This document shows, piece after piece, positions 8,347 through 16,450 of a DNA stretch of 40,727 nt (the stretch's first letter is position 1; each line of letters begins with the position of its first letter). A model generated the notes under the pieces. The model saw nothing but the letters and a program-made list of their open reading frames with translations. It did not search any database and was not told the origin of the DNA. Origin of the DNA: Clostridia bacterium (lineage in GTDB: Bacteria > Bacillota > Clostridia > UMGS1883); the NCBI GenBank assembly GCA_021202495.1, contig JAJQCX010000087.1, forward strand, positions 1 to 40,727, in the 5' to 3' direction. The translations under genes and the position numbers were made by a program.

Positions 8347-8414
8347 TGCAGGGTAGGGTTTGCCCTGCCCGTGTGAGGAAGTCGCTGCACGGGTCGGGCA
8401 AGCCCGACCCCTAC
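8347..8414. repeat. GTAG-type REP doublet (REPIN-like) between feoA and feoB
   Basis: GGGTAGGG-tttg-CCCTGCCC and, inverted, (minus) TGTAGGGGTCGGGCTTGCCCGACCC. Confidence 0.6.
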
Positions 8415-8430
8415 AAAAAGAGGTGTTTCC

Positions 8431-10371
8431 ATGCTTTTTAAAAAGCCGCAAACAAAAGACGCCGACGTGAGGTTTATCTTGGTCGGCAATCCGAATGTCG
8501 GCAAAAGCACGCTTTTCAATCTTCTCACGGGCAAAAAAGTTCACACGGGCAACTGGGCGGGAAAAACCGTCTCCGTCTCCGACGGCTTAGGCATACATAA
8601 CAAAAAGCCCTACCTCATTTCGGATTTGCCCGGCATTGCCTCGCTCTCATCTCCCACTGCGGAGGAAATGGCAGCCTCGGACGAAATTGCCCGCGGGCAT
8701 TACGACTGCTGCATCATCGTGCTCGACGCAACTCAACTTGCCCGCTCGCTCACGCTCGCTTTGCGCGTACTTGAGATAACGCCCCGCTGCGTCGTCTGCG
8801 TCAACCTCTGCGACGAAGCCGAAAAGAAGGGCATAACGGTTGACAAAAACGCCCTCGAATTTATCCTGGGCACAAAGGTCGCACTCATCTCCGCCGGACG
8901 AAAAAAAGGCGTCTCATATCTAATGGACTCCGCTTTTGATGTCGCCTCGGGCACATTTTCAAAAAAGGTCTTCACCCCGCTCTATTCTCCCGCCGCCGAA
9001 GATGCGCTCAAGGGCATTTCCCCCATCCGCCGCGACGCCGTCCTCACCGTCCTCCGCGAAGGGCGCGACGATGCGCTCATTTGCGAAATGTCCGAGCGCG
9101 TCGTTTCCCTCGCCTGTAAGATAGCCCGCACCGTCACTGTGCGCAAAACCGTCCGCGAAAGTGTCGATTATAAGATTGACCGCGTGCTCTGCTCGCCGCG
9201 CTTCGGCATTCCCGCCATGCTCTGCCTTTTGGCGCTCGTCCTTTGGATAACCGTCTCCGCCGCAAACTACCCATCCGAGCTTTTGGCGCGCCTCTTTTCC
9301 CACGGCGACACGCTTCTTCTCCGCTTTTTAACAGCAGTCAACGCACCTGCCCCGCTCGTTTCGGCTCTTGTTTACGGCGTATGGCGCACGCTTTCAACCG
9401 TCGTTTCCGTCATGCTGCCGCCGATGGCGGTCTTCTTCCCGTTCTTCACTCTTCTTGAGGAAGTCGGCTACCTTCCCCGCGTCGCCTTTAATCTCGACAA
9501 CGCCTTTCACCGCTGCGGCAGCTGCGGCAAGCAGTCGCTCACCATGTGCATGGGGCTTGGATGCACATGTGTCGGCGTCACCGGATCTGCCATCATTTCC
9601 TCCCGCCGCGAAAGGCTCATCGCCGTTTTGACCAACACATTCATGCCCTGCAACGGCCGCTTCGGCGCACTTATCGCGGTTATCGGCATGTTTCTTGCGT
9701 CAGGCTCTTTTTCCTCGGGCGTCATTCTCATGCTCACGCTTGTTTTTGCCGTTCTTATGACTTTTTTAGCCTCCAAGCTTCTCTCCGCAACTATCCTGCG
9801 CGGCAACGGCGAGGGCTTCATCTTGGAGCTTCCGCCCTACCGCCGCCCCCGCGTTTTCAAAATAATCGTCTCTTCTCTCATCGAAAAGGCTCTCGCCGTG
9901 CTTCTCCGCGCCGTCTCCGTCGCCGCCCCCGCAGGGCTTGTCATTTGGCTCTTCTCAAATCTCACGTTTCACGGCGCGTCAATCATTTCGCACCTTTCCT
10001 CTCTCCTCGATCCCGTCGGTCAAATCATGGGACTTGACGGCACAATCCTTCTCGCCTTTATCTTAGGCTTCCCCGCAAACGAAATCGTCCTGCCCATAGC
10101 CCTGATGATTTACACCGGCGGCTCCGCCATGACAAGCCTCACCGCCCTTTCCTCATTAAAAATACTTCTAACCTCCAACGGCTGGAGCATCGCCACCGCC
10201 ATCTCCTTCATCATCTTCTCCACCCTCCATTGGCCCTGCGCCAGCGCAGTTTTGACAATTCATAAGGAAACAAAAAGCCTCTTTTGGACAATAGTGTCCA
10301 TCCTCCTCCCCACCGCGTTCGGGTTTATACTCTGTATAATTGTACACTTCGCATTTATTCTTTTCGCATAA
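8431..10371 (+). CDS. feoB: Ferrous iron transport protein B
   Basis: G1 GNPNVGKS, G2 GNWAGKTV, G3 DLPG, G4 NLCD; LEEVGYLPRVAF, MPCNGR, FILELPPYRRP and HWPC membrane motifs. Confidence 0.95.
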   Translation: MLFKKPQTKDADVRFILVGNPNVGKSTLFNLLTGKKVHTGNWAGKTVSVSDGLGIHNKKPYLISDLPGIASLSSPTAEEMAASDEIARGHYDCCIIVLDATQLARSLTLALRVLEITPRCVVCVNLCDEAEKKGITVDKNALEFILGTKVALISAGRKKGVSYLMDSAFDVASGTFSKKVFTPLYSPAAEDALKGISPIRRDAVLTVLREGRDDALICEMSERVVSLACKIARTVTVRKTVRESVDYKIDRVLCSPRFGIPAMLCLLALVLWITVSAANYPSELLARLFSHGDTLLLRFLTAVNAPAPLVSALVYGVWRTLSTVVSVMLPPMAVFFPFFTLLEEVGYLPRVAFNLDNAFHRCGSCGKQSLTMCMGLGCTCVGVTGSAIISSRRERLIAVLTNTFMPCNGRFGALIAVIGMFLASGSFSSGVILMLTLVFAVLMTFLASKLLSATILRGNGEGFILELPPYRRPRVFKIIVSSLIEKALAVLLRAVSVAAPAGLVIWLFSNLTFHGASIISHLSSLLDPVGQIMGLDGTILLAFILGFPANEIVLPIALMIYTGGSAMTSLTALSSLKILLTSNGWSIATAISFIIFSTLHWPCASAVLTIHKETKSLFWTIVSILLPTAFGFILCIIVHFAFILFA

Positions 10372-10374
10372 TCA

Positions 10375-10416
10375 AAAGGGACTGATTTTCCGCCATTTCA
10401 GCGTAAAATCAGTCCG
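10375..10416 (+). terminator. Stem-loop after feoB
   Basis: GGACTGATTTT...AAAATCAGTCC inverted repeat. Confidence 0.55.
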
Positions 10417-10677
10417 ACTCACCACAATTACCGCCCCGTGCGGCTTCCCTTTTCTCTGCATTTTTCCGCATCATCAATGCGGAGCTCATCCCAGCCCGCC
10501 ACGTCCGCAGGCGCTTAAATTTATATTTTGCGCAGTTTATATATAAAACTCGGGATTGTCTGCATAAATGGCACCGCCACCGCTTAAAAATATAGTTTAT
10601 TGTGTAAGCGTTTATCCAAATTATGTTTCCGAATATTTCTCGCTTTCCGGATGCCCTACATAATTAGCGAAATTCTG

Positions 10678-11397
10678 CTAATTATTGTAATGTATATTCG
10701 CGTCCGATATTTCACTGTTGAAGCGATACATATCCATATTTTTATTCCAGCCTTCTTCTGTACCGCTGTAATATACATCTGCAATATTTGAACAGCCATC
10801 AAAAGCGTTGGATTGAATCGTCAATCTTCCTGTATTTTTTATTGTTACACTTTTTAAAGCAGAACACGTATCAAAGGCATACTCATAAATATGACTTACG
10901 CTCTCAGGCAGAACAATGTCAGTCAGGCTTGTACATTCACAAAAAGCTCCTTTTCCAATGCTGAAAACCCCACTTCCTATTGATACGTTTTTTAGATTAT
11001 GGCAGTAAGAAAAGGCAGCATATCCTATACTTGTTACCTCGTTTCCAATCTCAACAGAAACTATGTCTTCTTTAAATTCCTTCCAAGGTTTTTCTACGCC
11101 AAAAGCTGCTCCGTAATTGGTCATGGTTCCACTCCCGGAAATAGTCAGTACTCCTTCACCATCCAAAGTCCACAGTAGATTTTCCCCGCATGTACCGGAT
11201 CCCACGATATATGACGCAGAATGTGTTTGTGTATCCTGATCATTTGTTGCTGTAGCCGTCTCACCATCAGATACACCGAGTGATTCGTTTAACACATCGT
11301 CCGTGGAGCTTTCCTTCAAAGAACCACATGCTGTTATGTTGAAAATGAATGCCCCTAACATTAGAAATGCAACGCTGTTTCTGATTTTTTTGCACAA
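10678..11397 (-). CDS. BspA-type leucine-rich-repeat lipoprotein (start possibly frameshifted, see findings)
   Basis: Lipobox ITA-C; SGTCGENLLWTLDGEGVLTISGSG cap; repeats VTSIGYAAFSYCHNLKNVSI. Confidence 0.85.
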   Translation of the reverse strand: MCKKIRNSVAFLMLGAFIFNITACGSLKESSTDDVLNESLGVSDGETATATNDQDTQTHSASYIVGSGTCGENLLWTLDGEGVLTISGSGTMTNYGAAFGVEKPWKEFKEDIVSVEIGNEVTSIGYAAFSYCHNLKNVSIGSGVFSIGKGAFCECTSLTDIVLPESVSHIYEYAFDTCSALKSVTIKNTGRLTIQSNAFDGCSNIADVYYSGTEEGWNKNMDMYRFNSEISDANIHYNN

Positions 11398-11553
11398 TTC
11401 ATAAATCTTCCTCCATTAATTATAATAATCGTTTTTCACACAGTTAGACATATGTCTGATTTTGTAGTCTCTCCCGCATAACCTTCAAGCAAACAATAAG
11501 TTTAAATATGCTTTTCTGTATATCATAAGTATATCTTCTTTTCAATACAATAT

Positions 11554-12066
11554 TTATTTCTTTATCAGCGCAACAATCTGCCCGATTACGCCTATATACA
11601 AAAAATAGAACCCCGCACCGAACGTGTAATTATACACAAATTTGCTGCTTACTATGCAAAATGCACAGCTTACAAACAATGTCCATATCCATATTCCTAC
11701 CAATCCGATAATGGATAACCTTCCGTGATTTGTAAACTGAAACGCGAGGAAAATTACCGTACATATAACTAATATTACCATTATCGGCGTAAAGTCAAAG
11801 TATTCGCTACACGCCAAATATATGGAATATGAGCCGAGGAACACCGAAAAGAACGGTAAATAAATGCTTATTAAAAATACGACCGACGACACTGCCGCTA
11901 TTATCTTACTGACCGTGCTTATCTTTTGTCCTCCCCTTGTATCAACCGGCTGCATGCTTGCTGTTTCCGCCGGCGTAATTTGATTGGTCTTCTCAATCTT
12001 TCCCCCGCAAAAAGGGTAAAACGCTACACCGTCTTTTATTTCCCTTCCGCAATTACCACAAAACAT
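11554..12066 (-). CDS. Zinc-ribbon-domain membrane protein (about 4 TM segments)
   Basis: MFCGNCG...AFYPFCG N-terminus followed by hydrophobic segments. Confidence 0.75.
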   Translation of the reverse strand: MFCGNCGREIKDGVAFYPFCGGKIEKTNQITPAETASMQPVDTRGGQKISTVSKIIAAVSSVVFLISIYLPFFSVFLGSYSIYLACSEYFDFTPIMVILVICTVIFLAFQFTNHGRLSIIGLVGIWIWTLFVSCAFCIVSSKFVYNYTFGAGFYFLYIGVIGQIVALIKK

Positions 12067-12165
12067 GATTATCTCCTCCCAGCTTTTTGATAATTTTATT
12101 CATACCCTGACAAAACGCCGATTCCCGTGCCGATAAATCCGACCTGAAATATCATTCCGATTTTA

Positions 12166-12849
12166 TCACTTCACTGTTATGTTGCCTAAGCCGATGGCAG
12201 ACCTATATTTTGAGCTCCCAACACTAACCTTAAGCTGAAGTCCGTATTCCACGTTAAGGGAAACTTTTTTCGGCAAAGCCCCCGCCTCCACATCAAATTC
12301 TTTTATCAACTCACCGTCAAGGAAAAAATACACAGTTCTATCAGTCATATCACTTCCGTCAACGTGTCCCAATGTAAATTCTATTTGTGAATATTTGCTG
12401 TCCAAATTAAATATTGCGTATCCGTTATCATAGTAAATAGTGAACCCGTGGCTGTACTTTGTTCCGCCCATGTTAAAGCTATTTGTGCTGCTATAGGCTG
12501 TGTAATTGCGTGTCTCATACGGCGGGCAAACATCCAACAAATACGTTCCGTCCGCAACCTGCTCATCCCAAAGGTATATACTCTTCTCCGCGCCGTCCCA
12601 TGTTACCTCCATGTCCGCCAAATTTGCCGCGCCGCGCACGGGAACATATGTCGTTCCGTTGTAGATGAACGGTTCAATCGTATTTCCGTTCGCGTCCTTC
12701 AGTTCGCACAGCACATTGTCCTTATAGACCTTGATGTCGTCATACGTCACCTCAATCGTCTCGACCCTGCTTTTCGCAAATGCCGCGCCGCCGGTTATCA
12801 TTGTGCCGATAAGAACGCCCGCGATCAATCCCTGTAATTTCTGTTTCAT
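12166..12849 (-). CDS. Secreted protein: copper-amine-oxidase-like N-terminal (stalk) domain + NPCBM/NEW2-like domain
   Basis: Signal peptide ending AAFA; PFIYNGTTYVPVR...VTWDG (stalk); MGGTKYSHG...FNLDSKYSQIEFTLGHVD (NPCBM-like). Confidence 0.8.
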   Translation of the reverse strand: MKQKLQGLIAGVLIGTMITGGAAFAKSRVETIEVTYDDIKVYKDNVLCELKDANGNTIEPFIYNGTTYVPVRGAANLADMEVTWDGAEKSIYLWDEQVADGTYLLDVCPPYETRNYTAYSSTNSFNMGGTKYSHGFTIYYDNGYAIFNLDSKYSQIEFTLGHVDGSDMTDRTVYFFLDGELIKEFDVEAGALPKKVSLNVEYGLQLKVSVGSSKYRSAIGLGNITVK

Positions 12850-12887
12850 AAAATCACTTCTCCTTTATCTTCTAATTCTATAGCTAA

Positions 12888-12916
12888 ATTATACGCTATT
12901 AGCTTAATTTTGTCAA
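12888..12916 (-). promoter_or_regulatory. Consensus sigma-A promoter of the surface-protein cassette
   Basis: Perfect TTGACA-17-TATAAT on the minus strand, interspersed with TAGC/GCTA repeats. Confidence 0.8.
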
Positions 12917-12992
12917 TAGCTTTCCGCTTATTTTATATTCTATCAGCATATATTAAAATAATACTGTCAGTTTAGAATCGGAAGTGATTATA

Positions 12993-13331
12993 ATGGAAAG
13001 CAAAAATATTAACATCGAAATCGGTTTCCGCGTCAAGGAGAAGCGCAAAGCAATGAAATATACCCGCGAAGCTCTCTCCGAGCTTTTGGATATTTCCCCA
13101 CAGTTTTTAGCTCAAATCGAAAGCGGCAAGCGCGGTATGTCCTTCACCACCCTCGCCAAAGTCAGCGCCGTTTTGGGCGTATCGTGCGACTACCTCATCT
13201 TGGGCAAATCCGACTCCCCCGACCGCTCCCGTATATATGAGCTTGCCTCCAACATCGACGAAAAATATCTCCCCGTCGCCGAAGACCTCCTCTCCTCCCT
13301 CCTCCGCGCAATCGCCCTCGCTTCGGAATAA
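12993..13331 (+). CDS. XRE-family HTH regulator
   Basis: IGFRVKEKRK...TREALSELLDISPQFLAQIESGKRGMS...LGVSCDYLILG. Confidence 0.92.
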   Translation: MESKNINIEIGFRVKEKRKAMKYTREALSELLDISPQFLAQIESGKRGMSFTTLAKVSAVLGVSCDYLILGKSDSPDRSRIYELASNIDEKYLPVAEDLLSSLLRAIALASE

Positions 13332-13382
13332 AAACCGCGCCTTGAAACACAAAAGCCTCATGTTTCAAAGCGCGGTTTATTT
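13330..13382. terminator. Bidirectional terminator
   Basis: AAACCGCGC(C)TTGAAACA...TGTTTCAA(A)GCGCGGTTT. Confidence 0.8.
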
Positions 13383-13389
13383 ATAATCT

Positions 13390-13447
13390 AAAAATGTCTC
13401 CCCATGGGACACATTACTTTCGTAAGAGGTGCGGGGAGTCCTGTTGA
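13390..13447 (-). ncRNA. Candidate structured small RNA (orphan antitoxin-like)
   Basis: Minus strand CTCCCC-GCAC-ctc-TTAC GAAA GTAA-t-GTGT-cccat-GGGGAG nested hairpin, right after a TTGACT-17-TATAAT promoter (13480-13452), with no ORF. Confidence 0.55.
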
Positions 13448-13553
13448 TACAATTATATTCTCTCAATTCGTGAAAGTCAATCCCCAATTTGCACAAGCAT
13501 CCGTGCCACGTTCTACGCTCTTTTCCGTTTTTTCCACTCTGCAACGCCGCTCC

Positions 13554-13582
13554 TGTAGAGGTGGGGCTTGCCCATCAGCGGC
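13554..13582 (+). repeat. Degenerate GTAG-type REP copy
   Basis: TGTAGAGGTGGGGCTTGCCCATC resembles the copy at 8391-8414 (TGTAGGGGTCGGGCTTGCCCGACC). Confidence 0.45.
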
Positions 13583-13612
13583 AATATTTGCACCAAACTA
13601 ATCTATCACTCA

Positions 13613-13954
13613 TCATCTATCTTCTCCCCAAACCCATTCCGATTTTTTATCCGCACTCTTCGCACTCACTCTCTGCCGCTGCGGCTTTTGCTCATACAGT
13701 TCTTTAAAGCTCGGCTTTTTTTCGGGAATTAACATGTCCATGTTCTGCGCCAACCCCAAATTTCGCAAAATCTTTATATAATTTGAAAATTTTGCGTCAA
13801 CCCCGCTTTCAATTCTAACAACCGTGCTCGAAGAAAGTCCGCATTTTTCCGCCAGCTCCGCCTGCGTTATATTGAGCGCAATCCTATGCTGCTTAATTCT
13901 TGCACCGATCTCTTTTAAAAGAGTAATCTCACTTTCATTCCCCGTTATTTTCAT
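13613..13954 (-). CDS. XRE/HipB-like HTH protein (antitoxin type), no toxin partner adjacent
   Basis: LKEIGARIKQHRIALNITQAELAEKCGLSSSTVVRIESG and the tail RQRVS...WVWGED. Confidence 0.85.
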   Translation of the reverse strand: MKITGNESEITLLKEIGARIKQHRIALNITQAELAEKCGLSSSTVVRIESGVDAKFSNYIKILRNLGLAQNMDMLIPEKKPSFKELYEQKPQRQRVSAKSADKKSEWVWGEDR

Positions 13955-13994
13955 TCCGCCGCCTCGCTTTTTAATTTATCATATTTGCACAATT

Positions 13995-14035
13995 AGCATA
14001 TCATATCACCACTAATTTGTCAAGTGTGACAAATT
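13995..14035 (-). promoter_or_regulatory. Promoter with a palindromic operator over the -35
   Basis: TTGACA(14023-14018)-17-TATGCT with extended TG; palindrome AATTTGTCA-agtg-TGACAAATT at 14014-14035. Confidence 0.65.
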
Positions 14036-14044
14036 AAATCGTTC

Positions 14045-14074
14045 GCATAATTTTCCCTCCTCCCGCACAAAATA
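14045..14074 (+). promoter_or_regulatory. Sigma-G/F-like (forespore) promoter
   Basis: GCATA-18 bp-CAAAATA matches the Firmicute sigma-G consensus GCATA-N17/18-CAnAnTA. Confidence 0.45.
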
Positions 14075-14092
14075 ACTTTGGGAGATGATACA

Positions 14093-14536
14093 ATGGAAAA
14101 TACCGAAAACGGCGATACAATCGAGCTTCTGAAAGAATGCAACGCCGGAGTGAAAATGGGCGTCGATTCAATCGACGATGTGTTGGGCAATGTTGCGGAC
14201 GACAAAATGCGCAAGCTCCTTGCCGACTGCAAGGATAAGCATCAGGAGTTAGGCAGCGAAACACATACGCTTTTAAACCGGCTGCACAACGGCGGCAAAA
14301 GCCCCAGCGCAATGGCGTGCGGCATGGCACACATCAAAACAAACGTAATGATAACATTTTCCGGCACAGACCACACCATAGCGGATTTAATGACCGACGG
14401 CTGCAACATGGGCGTGAAAAGCCTTCACCGCTATATGAATAAATACAAAGCCGCCTCCGACGAATCGCGCGACATTGCCCGCCGCCTTATCGCTTTAGAA
14501 TCAAAGCTCGCGCAGGATCTAAGCTGCTATTTGTAA
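14093..14536 (+). CDS. Conserved clostridial helical (ferritin-like) hypothetical protein, possibly sporulation-related
   Basis: LLKECNAGVKMGVDSI and IADLMTDGCNMGVKSL duplicated helix pattern; SD GGAGA. Confidence 0.6.
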   Translation: MENTENGDTIELLKECNAGVKMGVDSIDDVLGNVADDKMRKLLADCKDKHQELGSETHTLLNRLHNGGKSPSAMACGMAHIKTNVMITFSGTDHTIADLMTDGCNMGVKSLHRYMNKYKAASDESRDIARRLIALESKLAQDLSCYL

Positions 14537-14540
14537 ACCA

Positions 14541-14570
14541 TGTCGGAGGCTTTCCTCCGACACATTTTTT
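14541..14570 (+). terminator. Intrinsic terminator
   Basis: TGTCGGAGG-cttt-CCTCCGACA followed by a T run. Confidence 0.75.
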
Positions 14571-14735
14571 CCTCGATTGTCGCTTTCGTCAAAAAACATC
14601 TTGATTTTTCCCCGCTGTTGTTATATAATCATCTTCACTGAGGTTTGCGCCTTGTAGAGAATTATACATAAAATCGAATTGAAGAGGGCAATCATCAGTA
14701 TTTCTTGATTGTTTCATGTTAGGAGATGCGTAATA

Positions 14736-16403
14736 ATGAATAAAAATTATGAAAAATGGCTCAATTCCGAATATATTGACGAAAATACGCGTCAAGAGCT
14801 TCTCGCCATGAGCGAAAAAGAAATAGAAGAATCCTTCCACAGCGAAATGAAATTCGGCACCGCCGGTCTTCGCGGCATTATCGGCTGGGGCACTAACAGA
14901 ATTAACATCTACACCGTCCGCAAGGCAACTCAGGGCTTTGCCGACTATATCAAAGCTGAAGGCGCCGATGCAGTTTCGCGCGGCGTTGCGATAGCCTACG
15001 ACAACCGCCGCAAATCTATTGAATTTGCACAGAACACCGCAGGAGTCTTGGCTGCAAACGGAATCAAGGCATTTCTTTTTGAAAGCCTCCGTCCCACGCC
15101 GGAGCTCAGCTTTGCTGTGCGCCATCTTCACTGCTTCGGCGGCGTTGTCATCACCGCTTCGCACAATCCTGCGGAATATAACGGCTACAAGCTCTACGAT
15201 TCGCACGGCTGCCAGCTCGTTCCGCGCTATTTAGACCGCGTGACTGAGTTTGTCTCTGCCGTTCCCGACGAGCTTGCGGTTAAGTGCCTTTCCCTTGAAG
15301 AAGCGGGCGATTTGATTGAAATTATCGGAAGCGAAGTTGACGAGGCTTATTACGAAGCTGTAAAGACAATCTGCGTCACACCCGACGTTGACAAGAGCAA
15401 TTTCAAAGTTGTCTATTCCCCGCAGCACGGCACGGGCAACGTTCCGGTAAGACACGTTCTTACCACATTGGGCTACAACGTTATCCCCGTTTTGGAGCAG
15501 TGCGACCCCGACACGGAATTTTCAAACACGAAAAATCCCAACCCCGAGCGCCCCGAGGCATATGAGCTCGCGCTTGAAAAGGCAAAAGAGGTTGACGCCG
15601 ACATCGTTATCACAACCGACCCCGACTGCGACCGTCTCGGCGTTGCCGTAAAGCAAAACGGCGAATACATTCTCATGACCGGCAACCAGGGCGGCGCCGT
15701 TTTGTTGGAATACATTTTGAGCCGCCGCACCGCAAACGGAACGCTTCCCAAAAACGGTGTCATGTTCAACACTGTTGTCACGAGCGACCTCGGTGACCGC
15801 GTTGCAGCAAAATACGGCATCGAAACCGAAAAGACGCTCACCGGCTTCAAATTCATCGGCGATAAGATAAGAACGCACCACAACACCGACAAAAAGCAGT
15901 TCGTTTTCGGCTATGAGGAAAGCTACGGCTATCTCATTTCCGACTTTGTACGTGACAAGGACGCCGTTCAGTCCTCGCTCATGCTCTGCGAAGCCGCGGC
16001 ATATTACAAGACAATGGGCAAAACCCTCTACGACGTTCTCACCGATTTGTATAAGGAATACGGCTATTTCAAGGATCACCTCACAAGCCTCACCCTCCCC
16101 GGGCTTGACGGCGCAAAGCAGATTGAAAAAATTATGTCCGATTTACGCGCCAACCCCAAGAGCGAGGTTTACGAGAGAAAGGTTGTCAAAATCTATGACT
16201 TCATGTCTGACGAAATGACGGCACAGGGCTACCCCAAGTCGAACGTTATCAAGTACGTTCTTGAGGACGGCACTTGGATTGCCATTCGCCCCTCCGGCAC
16301 CGAGCCCAAGTGCAAATTCTACTACAGCATCGTCAGCCGCGACATCAACCGCATTCCCTCAAAGCTCGAAATAATCAGAAAAGAATTTGAGCCGCAACTT
16401 TAA
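14736..16403 (+). CDS. pgm: Phosphoglucomutase/phosphomannomutase
   Basis: FGTAGLRG, ITASHNP, TDPDCDR, GYEESYG and RPSGTEPKCK motifs. Confidence 0.93.
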   Translation: MNKNYEKWLNSEYIDENTRQELLAMSEKEIEESFHSEMKFGTAGLRGIIGWGTNRINIYTVRKATQGFADYIKAEGADAVSRGVAIAYDNRRKSIEFAQNTAGVLAANGIKAFLFESLRPTPELSFAVRHLHCFGGVVITASHNPAEYNGYKLYDSHGCQLVPRYLDRVTEFVSAVPDELAVKCLSLEEAGDLIEIIGSEVDEAYYEAVKTICVTPDVDKSNFKVVYSPQHGTGNVPVRHVLTTLGYNVIPVLEQCDPDTEFSNTKNPNPERPEAYELALEKAKEVDADIVITTDPDCDRLGVAVKQNGEYILMTGNQGGAVLLEYILSRRTANGTLPKNGVMFNTVVTSDLGDRVAAKYGIETEKTLTGFKFIGDKIRTHHNTDKKQFVFGYEESYGYLISDFVRDKDAVQSSLMLCEAAAYYKTMGKTLYDVLTDLYKEYGYFKDHLTSLTLPGLDGAKQIEKIMSDLRANPKSEVYERKVVKIYDFMSDEMTAQGYPKSNVIKYVLEDGTWIAIRPSGTEPKCKFYYSIVSRDINRIPSKLEIIRKEFEPQL

Positions 16404-16410
16404 AAAACAC

Positions 16411-16450
16411 AATTCCCGAAAGCACGTTTGAAATGCTTTCGGGAATTTTT
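16411..16450. terminator. Bidirectional terminator
   Basis: AATTCCCGAAAGCA...TGCTTTCGGGAATT between convergent genes. Confidence 0.85.

Noticed and set aside
10678-14035. Prophage or ICE
   Set aside because: Two XRE genes and lower GC, but no integrase, relaxase, structural genes or att-like repeats
14630-14735. Riboswitch in the ~100-nt pgm leader
   Set aside because: Only weak pairings and no recognisable aptamer consensus
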